NCBI GenBank assembly: GCA_963750185.1
Contig: CAVVPV010000007.1
Location: 24,310-88,309, forward strand
Length of the DNA: 64,000 nucleotides
Direction of reading: 5' to 3'
Source of the DNA: an uncultured Verrucomicrobiae bacterium
Lineage (GTDB): Bacteria; Verrucomicrobiota; Verrucomicrobiia; Chthoniobacterales; JAFAMB01
Shown here: positions 9,936 through 21,992 of the stretch, in pieces
Position numbering within the stretch: position 1 is the stretch's first letter
Layout: each line of letters starts with the position of its first letter
Notes under the pieces: generated by a model
What the model saw: the letters and a program-made list of their open reading frames with translations, nothing else
Database searches by the model: none
Told to the model about the DNA's origin: nothing
Program-made: the position numbers and the translations under genes

Positions 9936-10517
9936 ACGGCTCAAAGCGTCCAGATGCAATATTTTTCCACTCAGATCGCGTAATTTTTAAATTTAATCCG
10001 GTGCCGGTTCGTCCGTAATGCACATCCACGTTGATTTTCTGGTCAAAGACAATTTCGCCGGTTATGCCCCGGCAGAGCCCCGGAATGGTTGCGTATGACG
10101 TTCCGGGGTTTTCTTTGCCGGAATATGGCGATCGTCTGAGCTAAGTCGGTCCGCGGCGTTTCCACTTCACCGCCCGCCCCACGTCCGATATATACTAGAT
10201 AAGGGTCAGTGAGTGGAATCAGTTCTGCATAGATACATTCTGATCGGCGCGACAAACCATCCTAAACTCCGGGGGAAACTATGAAAAACTGCTTAGCAGT
10301 TGCCCTAACAGGGATAGCAATCGAACAAATACGACCGGCACAGCTTTCAGCGAGTTGATGCGGATTCGCCACACCTCGCAGCTGTTCCGCATGCCAACGT
10401 TTAAGGAGGTGCAGCAGAATCTCTCTTGCTCAACAGAGTCCAGAGCCAGGTTCCCGGACGCAGAGTGATGTGGTTTGCGGAAGCCCGTTAGACATGACAC
10501 GTTTGCCGAGAACGAAC

Positions 10518-10997
10518 ATGACTACAGGACTTAAGATTGGTGATCCTGCTCCCGACTTCAAGGCCACGGCAGTCGGCGGCATTTACGGTGGTGGCCAAGA
10601 GGTGAAGCTCGCCGACTTCGAGGGTTCAACGCTGGTTCTCTATTTTTACCCGAAGGACGGCACGCCGGGGTGCACGGCGCAAGCCTGTGACCTGCGCGAT
10701 TCCTGGCGTGAACTCCAATCTAAAGTCGAACTTTTCGGGATCAGCGGCGATAGCGTTGAGAGTCACCAAAAATTCATCAAAAAACACGGTCTTCCCTTTC
10801 CATTGTTGAGCGACCCGAATCACGAAATCATCCAGGCTTATCAGGTTTGGGTGGAAAAAAACGTCCGCGGAAAAAAACAGATGGGGACTGAGAGGACCAC
10901 CTACCTTATCGGCCCCGACCGGCGAATTAAAGCTATCCTGAAGAAAGTGAAGCCTGCCGACCATGTCACGCAACTGTTGGAGGCGCTGGCTACGTAG
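10518..10997 (+). CDS. bcp: Thioredoxin-dependent peroxiredoxin (BCP/PrxQ)
   Basis: GDPAPDF, YFYPKDGTPGCTAQAC, ERTTYLI. Confidence 0.93.
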   Translation: MTTGLKIGDPAPDFKATAVGGIYGGGQEVKLADFEGSTLVLYFYPKDGTPGCTAQACDLRDSWRELQSKVELFGISGDSVESHQKFIKKHGLPFPLLSDPNHEIIQAYQVWVEKNVRGKKQMGTERTTYLIGPDRRIKAILKKVKPADHVTQLLEALAT

Positions 10998-11643
10998 ATT
11001 CAGGGCCTCGTGTGTGACCGAATTGAAATCTCCGTCGAATTCAACGAATCGGGAACGAGCATTGTCTAATTCTGCTGGTTAAAGCGATTTCAGGTTCCCG
11101 TGCGAAGTGTCGCCAACTCCTTGGTGTACGGGGACCTGGATCACTTTTTTGGAACCGGACAGGGCTCAATCAATCGCCGAGTTTGAAGGAGCTGCGTCCC
11201 TGACATTCGAAGCTGTTGCCTCGGGCGGCGTGGTCCTATGCGCAGCGCGCCGTATAGCGTCATCCAATCGGGTAATTTACCCTTTGCCCTTCGCTCGGTA
11301 GTTTGGCCCAGGCAAATGAACAACAAACTTTAATATAATGGAATACGATTTGATTCAGGCTTACGAGCGGCGAATGAGGAGATTCAACTTGGCGGTAATC
11401 GTGTCCGCTCTGGTGGCCTTAACGATATTGTTCAGCTCATGGCCATTTTTGCAATAAAGCCAGGTGTGCGGGATGCAGTGGAGATGGCAATCCGCCACGG
11501 CGACCGTAATGCTGCCGCCGCGCCGGCTAACGAGGACGGAGAGGAACAGCGGCCAATCGGAGTAAGGCGTGATGTCGTCTTCCAGATTGGGTACCGAGAG
11601 CGCCGCCGGCTTATGTCTTGAACCCGAACATTGCAAGAGACCA

Positions 11644-12996
11644 ATGCGCGATTGGGTCACACACGCGATATGGTGGCAGGTATACCCACTCGGCTTCGTA
11701 GGAGCCGAGCCGAAAGCGAATCCGGACACCGCAATCACTCATCGCCTGGATCACCTCGCTGGCTGGCTGGACTATGCCGTCAAGCTCGGCGCATCGGGCA
11801 TTGCACTCGGACCGGTCTTCGCCTCGTCGACACATGGATACGACACCGTCGATCATTTTCGTATCGATCCGAGGCTCGGCGACGATGCCGATTTCGATGC
11901 ACTAATCGCCGCCGCTCACCGCCGTGGCTTGCGCTTGATTTTGGACGGCGTGTTCAATCATGTCGGCCGTGACTTTCCGGCCTTTCAGGAAGTCCTGGCC
12001 CATGGACCGCAGGCGCCGTGCGCCTCCTGGTTTCGCCTGAGTTGGCCATCCGGACGCGCCGCCGGCGCGGAGCCTGAATATGCGACATTCGAGGGGCACC
12101 CCGGCCTTGTCGCGCTCAATCACGACGAGCCCGCGGTCAAGCACTACGTGACTCGTGTTATGAAGCACTGGTTGGACCGCGGCGCGGATGGCTGGCGGCT
12201 TGACGCCGCTTATGCCGTTCCTCGGGCCTTCTGGGCCGATGTCCTACCAAGTGTTCGGCAAGTGCGTCCCGATGCATACATCTTCGGCGAGGTCATCCAT
12301 GGCGACTATTCTGCGTTCGTGCGAGAAAGCGGCGTTGACGCTGTCACCCAATATGAACTCTGGAAGGCGATCTGGAGTGCGCTGAACGATCGCAACTTAT
12401 TCGAGCTCGCCTGGGCCCTGGAACGCCACAATCGCCTCCTGAACGACTTTGTTCCCCTCACATTCGTCGGTAATCACGACGTAACGCGACTGGCGAGCCG
12501 GCTCACTGAGGAGCGGCACATTCCCCATGCGCTGGTGATTCTATTCACCTGTGGCGGCACGCCGTCGATCTATGCAGGGGATGAGCAAGCATTCCGGGGC
12601 ATAAAAGAAGACCGTGCCGGCGGCGACGACGCCATACGTCCGAGCTTTCCGGCGAAACCGGAAGCGCTGGCTCCCTTCGGCTGGGGGACATACCGGCTGA
12701 ACCAAAGCCTGATCGGACTCCGGCGCCGGAATGCGTGGCTCCATCGGGCTCGCACAAGGATCGTCCAGCTGGGCAATAAGCAAATGACGTTCGAAGCGCG
12801 CAACGGTGCGCATCATCTGTTGATCGCACTCAATCTGGATGACGCAGCCTGCGCCCAGCCGGTGCCGCATATGCGCCATGTCGTCGCTGGTCATGGCGAT
12901 CTCGGTCGGATCGGCACCGTCGATGCTTGGATAAGCCTTCCGGCTCACGGCTGGGCCGTTCTGGCCGCCAGCCCAGACCACAGCAGAAAGACGTAA
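11644..12996 (+). CDS. GH13 alpha-amylase/cyclomaltodextrinase-family hydrolase
   Basis: HGYDT, LDGVFNH, DGWRLDAA, FGEVIHG, FVGNHD. Confidence 0.92.
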   Translation: MRDWVTHAIWWQVYPLGFVGAEPKANPDTAITHRLDHLAGWLDYAVKLGASGIALGPVFASSTHGYDTVDHFRIDPRLGDDADFDALIAAAHRRGLRLILDGVFNHVGRDFPAFQEVLAHGPQAPCASWFRLSWPSGRAAGAEPEYATFEGHPGLVALNHDEPAVKHYVTRVMKHWLDRGADGWRLDAAYAVPRAFWADVLPSVRQVRPDAYIFGEVIHGDYSAFVRESGVDAVTQYELWKAIWSALNDRNLFELAWALERHNRLLNDFVPLTFVGNHDVTRLASRLTEERHIPHALVILFTCGGTPSIYAGDEQAFRGIKEDRAGGDDAIRPSFPAKPEALAPFGWGTYRLNQSLIGLRRRNAWLHRARTRIVQLGNKQMTFEARNGAHHLLIALNLDDAACAQPVPHMRHVVAGHGDLGRIGTVDAWISLPAHGWAVLAASPDHSRKT

Positions 12997-13297
12997 CATA
13001 GCGCAGCGTCTTCATCTTTGCGGTTGGAGATGCGGCATGAAAGTACTTTACATGTTGCGTGCCTGACCAAATAGTTTGCGGCTCATGAAATTGCGACGAT
13101 TGAAGTGGTTTTTCGCGCTGCTGGCTGTGGGCGGCGCATTGGCTTTAAGTTCTTGCTTGAACCAGGAAGGTGTTGGCCCCGCCGAAGGCGAATTGAAAGG
13201 CGCACCAGGTGGGCAGCACTAATCGCGCGTGAACTGCGGAAACGTCCGAATCGGCGCGGAAAGTTGTACTTTGGCGAGTCTTATCGGGCGCACAAAC

Positions 13298-14386
<1,089 letters not shown>

Positions 14387-14756
14387 TCTTCCGACCTAAA
14401 TTTGGCGATAAAACACACCCTCAGGTATCAGAGAGCGACTGGTCGCGCAAGGGATGATCTGGGTCTGATCCCGTGGCAATCGAAGGTCATCGGAGTGCGA
14501 AACAAAAACTTTTTTGAAACTTCGGGTATTTCAAGGTGTTGAGCAGTGTGAGGTGACGCATGACGAACATGCAACAAGTAACCAGCCTCCGTTTTGGTCA
14601 TTTGGATTACGGGCTATTGGCAGTCCGGTCCTTTTGTTCGGAGCGTGCTGCGTTTGGTCGATGAAGCTCCACAAGAGACGTGATTGGCCAGGCTTCAGCT
14701 TTAAAAAAAAACGTAACTATCACTAACCGTCCTCACAACGGACACCCTAAATAGCC

Positions 14757-14960
14757 ATGACAAAAAATATCCTTCTACTAGCTGCGGTCCTCGGCTTTGT
14801 TGCTCAATCCAGCGTCTTCGCCGCTGACCCGACCCCGACCCCGGCCGCGAGCGAGAGCGCCACACCTAGCCATCATCATCATGCCAAACACCACAAGAAG
14901 TCGACCGCTCCGGCCGCTTCTCCTTCGCCTGAGGCTTCCGCGACTCCGAAGGCCTCCTAA
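14757..14960 (+). CDS. Small secreted low-complexity His/Lys/Pro-rich protein
   Basis: Signal peptide ...SSVFA, then PTPTPAAS...HHHHAKHHKK. Confidence 0.7.
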   Translation: MTKNILLLAAVLGFVAQSSVFAADPTPTPAASESATPSHHHHAKHHKKSTAPAASPSPEASATPKAS

Positions 14961-15199
14961 GGAGCAGGCGATGCGATACTCGGTTGCCGGTTCGATGAGC
15001 CGGTATCTGGGGCTGACGTTTCGTTGACGTGATCCTTCCGTGGACTTAAGCGTCGGAAGGAGGCGGAAAACGAGAGATCGAATTGGCCCGGGCGGCAGCG
15101 CCCGGGCTTGATCTTTTCTGGGCGATTCGGGGATGTTTTCCGGCATTGCGCCGAATAGGGCACGGTCGATCCGCGTCCAAACGCTCAATAAGAGATTTT

Positions 15200-15406
15200 G
15201 TGGCCCGGTACTCGCTTTTCCTCCTTGTCATCGTTGCAACACTTGCTTCGCCCCTGTATTCAAGCGCCAGACCGCCATTCTTACGCGGACCGCGCGGCGG
15301 TGCTTCGTACTCGGTCTACCAGCATCGTCCCTACTACTATCGCCGGTACCATTATGCGCCTTACCGGATCGTACGGATTCGTCCGCACGGTTTTTGGCAC
15401 CGGTAG
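15200..15406 (+). CDS. Small secreted Arg/Tyr/His-rich peptide
   Basis: GTG 15200, hydrophobic leader, RPYYYRRYHYAPYR. Confidence 0.45.
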   Translation: MARYSLFLLVIVATLASPLYSSARPPFLRGPRGGASYSVYQHRPYYYRRYHYAPYRIVRIRPHGFWHR

Positions 15407-15486
15407 CCCGTTTCCCGAAAGGTCTCGGGGCAGGGGCGAACCCCCAGAAGTCTTTCGGGAAAGCCCGGTCCGGCGACTGCCCATAA

Positions 15487-15591
15487 GCGTTCACTTAAGC
15501 GATTCAGAGCTCGCGGAGGCGTTAATGTTGCGCCCCCTTTGAAGAGCTGCAAAGCGGGGACGCTTCGCCTACTCACGCTTAAGTGAACGCT
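15487..15591. repeat. REP-like intergenic element
   Basis: 16-bp inverted ends agcgttcacttaagcg/cgcttaagtgaacgct; internal 27 bp (15548-15574) recurs inverted at 57019-57045. Confidence 0.65.
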
Positions 15592-15592
15592 T

Positions 15593-16657
15593 TTACGGGC
15601 GACTGGCGGATGGTGACAGGTGCCCGGTGATTAGCAGATCGTCTCCGAACTTCTTGTAGCGAACGCGCTCGAGTCGGCTTGCATCGCTCATCCGATTGAT
15701 CCCGGTTCCCCCAAAGCTCGGCTTGTCCCCCCCCGTGAGACAAGGTGTCACGAAACACCAGAGCTCATCGATCAGCTCTTGATCGCGAAGTTGCCCCAGA
15801 ACGTTACCGCCACCCTCCACGAACAGACGTGTCACCCCTCTGGATCCGAGGTCCTTGAGCAATTCGATCCAATCGGAGCCCTGCACGACAAGGGTCCGAT
15901 CCCGATATTCGTCGGTCAGCAGCGTCGCATCGGCCGGCAAATTCCCTGATCGAGTCACCACGACACGCCATGGTTGTGCACCACACTTCCTGTTACGCAC
16001 CGTCAATCTCGGATTATCCCGTCGCACCGTTTCGGCCCCCACGAGGATTGCGTCGACGGTCGACCGGAGCAATTGAACCACCCTGCGAGAACGCGGATTG
16101 GAGAGCCACTGCGGTTCACCGGCGGGGCGGGTAATCCGGCCATCCAACGATTGTGCAACTTTAGCAATCACCCACGGCATCCCGGTAGTGATCCATTTGT
16201 TGAAGCCGGTGTTCAGCAGTCCGCACTCCTCTGCCAGCACGCCGGCGGTCACATCGACACCGGCTTGCCGCAGGCGATCGAGGCCGCGTCCCCGATGTTT
16301 CGGATTCACGTCGATCGTGCCGACGACAACTCGGCCGATTCCGGCAGCGATGATCGCATCGGTACACGGAGGCGTTCGTCCGGTGGTCGAACAGGGTTCG
16401 AGCGTCACATACAGCGTCGCTCCGGCGGCCAGTGCCGGATCCTTCAAATTGGACAGCGCCACGACCTCGGCGTGCGGGCCTCCTGCACGTTGGTGCCACC
16501 CTGTTGCCATGGCCGAACCGGCGCCGACGATTACCGCGCCAACAGCGGGATTAGGGCTCGTTTGCCCCAGGCCTTTCCTCGCTTCACACAACGCGAGACG
16601 CATCCAGTGTGCGTCTGATTTGTTCGCCAATGAAGAGGGATTGAAGGGATCGTCCAT
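15593..16657 (-). CDS. ribD: Riboflavin biosynthesis deaminase/reductase
   Basis: PNPAVGAV, HAE, TLEPC...PPC, AQSLDG, VEGGG. Confidence 0.95.
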   Translation of the reverse strand: MDDPFNPSSLANKSDAHWMRLALCEARKGLGQTSPNPAVGAVIVGAGSAMATGWHQRAGGPHAEVVALSNLKDPALAAGATLYVTLEPCSTTGRTPPCTDAIIAAGIGRVVVGTIDVNPKHRGRGLDRLRQAGVDVTAGVLAEECGLLNTGFNKWITTGMPWVIAKVAQSLDGRITRPAGEPQWLSNPRSRRVVQLLRSTVDAILVGAETVRRDNPRLTVRNRKCGAQPWRVVVTRSGNLPADATLLTDEYRDRTLVVQGSDWIELLKDLGSRGVTRLFVEGGGNVLGQLRDQELIDELWCFVTPCLTGGDKPSFGGTGINRMSDASRLERVRYKKFGDDLLITGHLSPSASRP

Positions 16658-16754
16658 GCTTCAGGAATCGCGCGCAGCGGTTCGACTAGAGTTCATAATA
16701 ATTTACGGGCCCACGCAGGGCACCTTCCTTTGTCGCGATCGTTTCACCTGAGCC

Positions 16755-17786
16755 TTAGTCCCGCTCGAACGCGGCATCGAATGCGACGCCACTCGGAGCG
16801 AAATCGTAAGCGCGCACGTTCCGGCACGATTCTGTCCCGCCGTGAACACGATCCATCCGGATGTCTTCCCATTCGATCGAGAGAGGACCTCGATAGCCAA
16901 TGTCGTTCAAAGCGACGATGATATCTTCAAACCGGATATCGCCATGGCCGATTGATCGGAAATCCCAGTACCGGCGATGATCGCCAAAACTGGTGTGACC
17001 GCCGAAGACACCGACATCTCCGGTGCCATGACCCCACCAGACATCCTTCATATGCGCGTGGTAGATTCTGTCTTTGAATTCGCGCAGGAATTTTACGTAA
17101 TCGACCCCCTGGTAGCCAAGATGGGAGGGGTCGTAGTTGAAACCGAACCGGCGATGATTCTTAACCGCTTCCAGTGCACGATGCGCCGAGGCGATATCGA
17201 ACGCGATTTCGGTCGGGTGTACCTCGAGCGCAAAATTGACATCGAAACTGTCGAACGCTTCGAGGATCGGAATGAACCGTTTCCCGAAATCATCGAATCC
17301 CTTTTGGATGAACTCCTGGCTCGTTGGCGGAAAGGCGTAACAGGCGTGCCAGACGCTTGACCCGGTGAAACCCGGCACGACAGCCGGAAATCTAAGGCCA
17401 TCGGCCGGCTTCGTATCGATGAAGTTTCGTGCAGCCTGCGCCGTCTTGATCATCTGCGCCGCTGCGCGCTGGCGAACCCCTTCGGGATTTCCATCTTTCC
17501 AGATCTGCGGCGGCAGAATCGCCTGGTGCCGTTCATCGATATTGTCGCAGATAGCCTGTCCGACCAGGTGATTGGAGACTGCGAATGCGGTCAGCCCATT
17601 GTCCGTCAAAAGCTTCCAGCGATCTTTGCAATAATCCTTGGATTCAGCCGCGGCATCGACATCGAAGTGATCGCCCCAGCAGGCGAGTTCGAGCCCGTCA
17701 AACCCCATGCTCTTCGCCAATGGAGCGAGGTCTTTTAATGGGAGATCGGCCCACTGGCCGGTGAACAAGGTGACTGGTCTAGCCAT
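16755..17786 (-). CDS. Sugar phosphate isomerase/epimerase (xylose-isomerase-like TIM barrel)
   Basis: [38 protein letters not shown]. Confidence 0.88.
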   Translation of the reverse strand: MARPVTLFTGQWADLPLKDLAPLAKSMGFDGLELACWGDHFDVDAAAESKDYCKDRWKLLTDNGLTAFAVSNHLVGQAICDNIDERHQAILPPQIWKDGNPEGVRQRAAAQMIKTAQAARNFIDTKPADGLRFPAVVPGFTGSSVWHACYAFPPTSQEFIQKGFDDFGKRFIPILEAFDSFDVNFALEVHPTEIAFDIASAHRALEAVKNHRRFGFNYDPSHLGYQGVDYVKFLREFKDRIYHAHMKDVWWGHGTGDVGVFGGHTSFGDHRRYWDFRSIGHGDIRFEDIIVALNDIGYRGPLSIEWEDIRMDRVHGGTESCRNVRAYDFAPSGVAFDAAFERD

Positions 17787-18018
17787 ATTTATTTCGGGGG
17801 ATAAAATTAATTGTTGGACCTATGCGCCGGCTGTCACTCGGACATGCCAAGCGAACGTCCACTAACAAATCCAGAAAATTCAAGCATTCAACGAATTTAG
17901 TCGGGCTCCGAGGGAATAAAAGCCGGCGCATCCCTGTTTATATCGAACGAGGGAGTTGAGACGTTACCCGTTTCTTGTGGCACGGACTCAAACCCTCCGA
18001 ATTCATAGAACAAAATGT

Positions 18019-19311
18019 ATGAGAAAAGAACCAAACAACGATCGAACCGTTGCGAGCGAGAGAACCGCTCTTCCTGCCTACGGGGAAGAAACGGAATCTC
18101 GCGGAGAATCTGAAGTCGGAAGGCGCTCTTTTTTAAAGGGCCTTGGAATGGTTGGCGCAACTTTGATTCCAGCCAGCGCACTATTGGCAACCAAAGCCCG
18201 CGCGAATCCCGGAGACAACAGCGGAAGCCTTACCAGAGGCGATGCGGCAATTCTTCGGTTCCTGGGCGCGGCAGAAATTCTGGAAAGTGATTTGTGGGAC
18301 ACAGTACTGGGAGCTCGGAGGAGACCAGGAACCAGATTTCGCATCTACCAATCCGCACCGGCGTCGCGCCCACCGGAGGAAACCCGTTCTACACGGACGC
18401 ACTCACGATTCTTGATGCGGACATGCCCCAGTATATCCATGACAATACCGACGATGAGTTCAGCCACGCGGACTTCATACGGGCTTACTTAGCTTCCAAA
18501 GGCGCCTCGACGTCCGAGCTTGTTCACCTACTCAAGGCCCTGAGTTTCGTACGATTGCCAGGCAGTACAGGCCCCGGTTCCACAAAAAAGGGACCGGCTC
18601 ACAAACCTCACGCAGCTCACCGTGGACACCAGTTTCTGGGGTAGATACCGCAGCCGACAACAACAACCCCGATCTGGATCCTGACATTATTTTTGCCCAA
18701 GCAGATCGACCCAGCCCGAGTTTGAATGTTCAAAGACAGACTGCAATTCCAAGAAATGATGCTGACAGATGGGCGGTGCGATTGGTAACGAGACTAATCA
18801 CCTCAAAGCGATCGCCTTTACGGCGGGATTTCACTTTGCCTTTATTGAGCAAGGCGGCACGCAGCCTCTATCCTTCGCTGGCTCAAAGGGTGAGCGATCC
18901 GGAAGTTTTGCGAATCCTGCTCAGTATCGGCCCAACCGAGACATCGCATTTTCAGACCTGGCATGACAAAGCGGGCAATGCGAATACAAACCTTAATGGG
19001 CCACCAGCCAATCCGCCGTTCACGGTCTTTGACCGGTTAACAACTCGCGGTGACGTTTGTGGACCTCAGTTCAAACCAGCCGGAATCGTTACAAGCAAAC
19101 CTGATCATGCCGGAGCCATGCCCATTCCTTAACCGAAAGTTCCCGATCTGCTCGATTATTCGCCCGACCGATACGAAAGAACGCGGCGATGGGGGCTGTC
19201 AATGCACTCACCGCGGACGGACTCTTCATTGGCCAGACGGCAGCGTTTAATGATCTGATTGCAGATCTGGCAGCGGATGCAGATAGGGCCGAACGCGAGT
19301 TCGAAGGCTAA
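18019..19311 (+). pseudogene. Tat-signal ferritin-like domain protein, multiply frameshifted
   Basis: RRSFLKG Tat motif; AAEILESDLW, DNTDDEFSH, FHFAFIEQGG and GPTETSHFQTW spread over several frames. Confidence 0.75.
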
Positions 19312-19357
19312 TTCTAAGAGCTAATACCCCATAGCAGTTTGACACCCGATGAAGCGA

Positions 19358-19390
19358 GCAAGGCCGACTTTCAAGTCGGCCTTGCAATTT
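19358..19390. terminator. Intrinsic terminator-like hairpin between convergent genes
   Basis: gcaaggccgactt-tc-aagtcggccttgc, 13-bp perfect stem. Confidence 0.6.
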
Positions 19391-19504
19391 TAACCTTAAC
19401 CCCGAATTAGAAACCGCAGACTTCGCAATGCTTATTCTGAAAATCGGCAAACCGAGACGGTTCGCTTACGTTGGCAATTGCCCCTTTGTCCTGCTTCAGC
19501 TTCG

Positions 19505-20107
19505 CTATCCGAAATTCAGGGCCAACCCGTGATCAGACGCCGCAACGCGCGGCACCGCAGGCAGCTTCAAAGCTTTTAGCAATGCCGGATCAACGACGCC
19601 GGTGACCGGCAACCCCTGGGCCTGTTGAAACGCTCGAATGGCTTCGCGGCTGCCAGAACCCATCAATCCGTCAATTGGCCCATGATAATAGCCGCGCCGG
19701 GCAAGCTCCGTCTGCACTACCGCGGCCAGACCGTACCAATACCTGTAATCGTATACGGGCGAGTTATCATAAGAGGCGTAATCGTATGGGTATCCGTAGT
19801 AGTAGTCGGGGTACCACCAATAAGGAAAACCAAACGCAACGAAGTCGAAACCGAAGAAGAAACGGTCGTGATGGCGAAAGAAATGGTCGTCCCGGTCGTG
19901 GTGAAAGAATCGGCGATCCGCAAAACGATGGTCACCAAAATCGCGACGAAATCCATTCTGATGACTAAATCCGTGTCCAAAAGAACCGTGAGATCCACCT
20001 CCTGCGGATCCTCCACTACCGTGACCGGACATCGCTCCAAGCGTGCCCGGCATCGCGGTGGCAAATGCCGCTGCGATCACCCAAGGAAAGAGAGTCGACG
20101 TTTTCAT
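19505..20107 (-). CDS. Secreted protein with C-terminal peptidoglycan-binding domain
   Basis: Signal peptide, G/H/Y-rich linker, VQTELARRGYYHGPIDGLMGSGSREAIRAFQQAQGLPVTG. Confidence 0.85.
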   Translation of the reverse strand: MKTSTLFPWVIAAAFATAMPGTLGAMSGHGSGGSAGGGSHGSFGHGFSHQNGFRRDFGDHRFADRRFFHHDRDDHFFRHHDRFFFGFDFVAFGFPYWWYPDYYYGYPYDYASYDNSPVYDYRYWYGLAAVVQTELARRGYYHGPIDGLMGSGSREAIRAFQQAQGLPVTGVVDPALLKALKLPAVPRVAASDHGLALNFG

Positions 20108-20267
20108 ATACAACAGATGTCGGGAGACCGAACCGGCCTTCCGACTTCTCAGGTTCAAGTATCGAGTTATTATTTTTCGCGATCGAACCGCCGCGGTATT
20201 CGCCACGCCCAGTTCGATCGTTCAACTGATATAACCTGAAAGGATCTCTCTTTATTCCAACCCGGGG

Positions 20268-21986
20268 CTACCCGCCCAGCGCGCTTAACAACTTCGCGCC
20301 GTTCGGGCTGCCGAGTCCGGATGCCGCATCCCAGCCCGGACCAGCAGTGTAAAGGCCGTTCAGCGTTCCGGTAATATCGTTCGTTCCGGAAACGATGTCG
20401 TGAAACGCACCGCTGTTCGCGATTGTCGAACCGTAAATGAGAGGATTAATGTAACCGACCGGCTTGCTGCCGATGCTCACCAATCGTTGGTTGATCCGGG
20501 CAATCAACCCTGCCCATAGCGGGGCGACGGCACTCGTGCCGCCGCCAACTCTTTGAGTGCCCGCTACAAAGATTCGGTATCCGGTCTCCGGATCGGCGAC
20601 TCCCGAGACATCGGGTACGCCACGTCCATTTTTTCCGGTCGGCGATGCCGGGATCGAAACGGCAGCCTGGTAGTCCGGGCGCGCGAAGAGGTTGCTGGCG
20701 CCGCCTCCTCCGGCACCGCCCCGGGTCCCGTGGTTCCAGACTGCTTCATTTGCGACCGTTGTTTCGGTGCCGGTCAACGTGGTTCCTCCGCACGCGAGCA
20801 CGTATGGACTCGATGAAGGAAAATCGACGTGAGGCTTGCCATCCCAAGGCGCGCTTGGATCGTTTGTCGGTGTATCGGCGGATCCATTGTCGCCGGCGGA
20901 GGTACAAACGGTGATTCCGAGCGTTGCCGCATCTTGAAGTGCTTCGGCCAATCCATCCACAAATTGCTGTGGCTGCGAATCCTCCGACTCGCCCCAACTG
21001 ATCGAAATGACGCTGGGTGCGTTTTCGGCGTCGTGAACGGCATGGGTTACGCCGTCGATGAATCCTTGCGAGGTGTTCGGCGTAAAGTACACGGCAATCT
21101 TTGCGCCCGGCGCGATCGCACCGGCCACCTCGATATCCAGGGTGACCTCGCCGTCGGAATTCGGGTCGGGCCCGGGGGTATTCGCACCGCCATCGATAGA
21201 GATCGCGACAACCTGCGGCACCGGCAGATTCAGATTCGAGAAGAACGATTCAAGATCGCTCGCGCTGTATCCGGCGCCGGTAACCTGATTCGTGGTCGTA
21301 TTAATATCGTTTAGTGCGATTACTCCGATGCATTGACCGCTCCCATCGAGACCGGTCGGGAATTTATAGAGGTCCGCGACTTGAAGCGGGGTGAAATTGG
21401 TGCCTGGAACCTTTTTTTTGATCTGATTTTTGCGCGCCCTCGTATCACTTAGTGCATCCCGGAACCTGTAGTGCGGCCTCGCGACCGGTTGATTGTCAAA
21501 TCCATGAACGCCTGAAACGATGCCGCCCAGTTCCTCTGGTACACTGATTGAGCCGACGCGTCCTCTGTAACGCAGATTCGCTTTCCGGAACTTGTGCAGT
21601 TCGACTTGAAAAGCGGCCGTGAGAGCTTGAACGGTGCCAGAGAGTTTCACGGAGCGTTTTGCCGGGCTTGATTCCACAACGGTCAATCCATATTCATGCG
21701 CAAACGCCGTGATCTGCGCAATATCCGCCGGGTCCGCGCCATGCATCGTCGCAAATTGCTCTCTTGTCAGGTATTTGCGCTTGGCCGGCAGCTGTTTGGA
21801 CAGATTCAACATCTGCGCACGGAGGTTCTCGCTGGCGGCAGGACGACGAACATGCAGCGTGATCGTGAGGCGGTCATTTGGATCCATTTCCCCGACGATC
21901 TTTGACCCGGCCGGCGCCGTTCGATGGCTACCCGGGATGGTCTGATATTTTTTGGCGCGAGGCATAGGGGATTCCCACGGTTTCAA
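20268..21986 (-). CDS. S53 sedolisin/kumamolisin-like serine peptidase
   Basis: Pro-domain; EVTLD, AGDNGS, GGTSAVAP, GWDAASGLGSP; no obvious signal peptide. Confidence 0.93.
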   Translation of the reverse strand: MKPWESPMPRAKKYQTIPGSHRTAPAGSKIVGEMDPNDRLTITLHVRRPAASENLRAQMLNLSKQLPAKRKYLTREQFATMHGADPADIAQITAFAHEYGLTVVESSPAKRSVKLSGTVQALTAAFQVELHKFRKANLRYRGRVGSISVPEELGGIVSGVHGFDNQPVARPHYRFRDALSDTRARKNQIKKKVPGTNFTPLQVADLYKFPTGLDGSGQCIGVIALNDINTTTNQVTGAGYSASDLESFFSNLNLPVPQVVAISIDGGANTPGPDPNSDGEVTLDIEVAGAIAPGAKIAVYFTPNTSQGFIDGVTHAVHDAENAPSVISISWGESEDSQPQQFVDGLAEALQDAATLGITVCTSAGDNGSADTPTNDPSAPWDGKPHVDFPSSSPYVLACGGTTLTGTETTVANEAVWNHGTRGGAGGGGASNLFARPDYQAAVSIPASPTGKNGRGVPDVSGVADPETGYRIFVAGTQRVGGGTSAVAPLWAGLIARINQRLVSIGSKPVGYINPLIYGSTIANSGAFHDIVSGTNDITGTLNGLYTAGPGWDAASGLGSPNGAKLLSALGG

Positions 21987-21992
21987 TAGATT

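Noticed and set aside
9940..11640. Short ORFs around bcp
   Set aside because: No motifs, RBS or consistent coding pattern; probably degenerate intergenic DNA
14500..14750. Long leader as a possible riboswitch or ncRNA
   Set aside because: No recognisable conserved aptamer motif; an Rfam search would be needed
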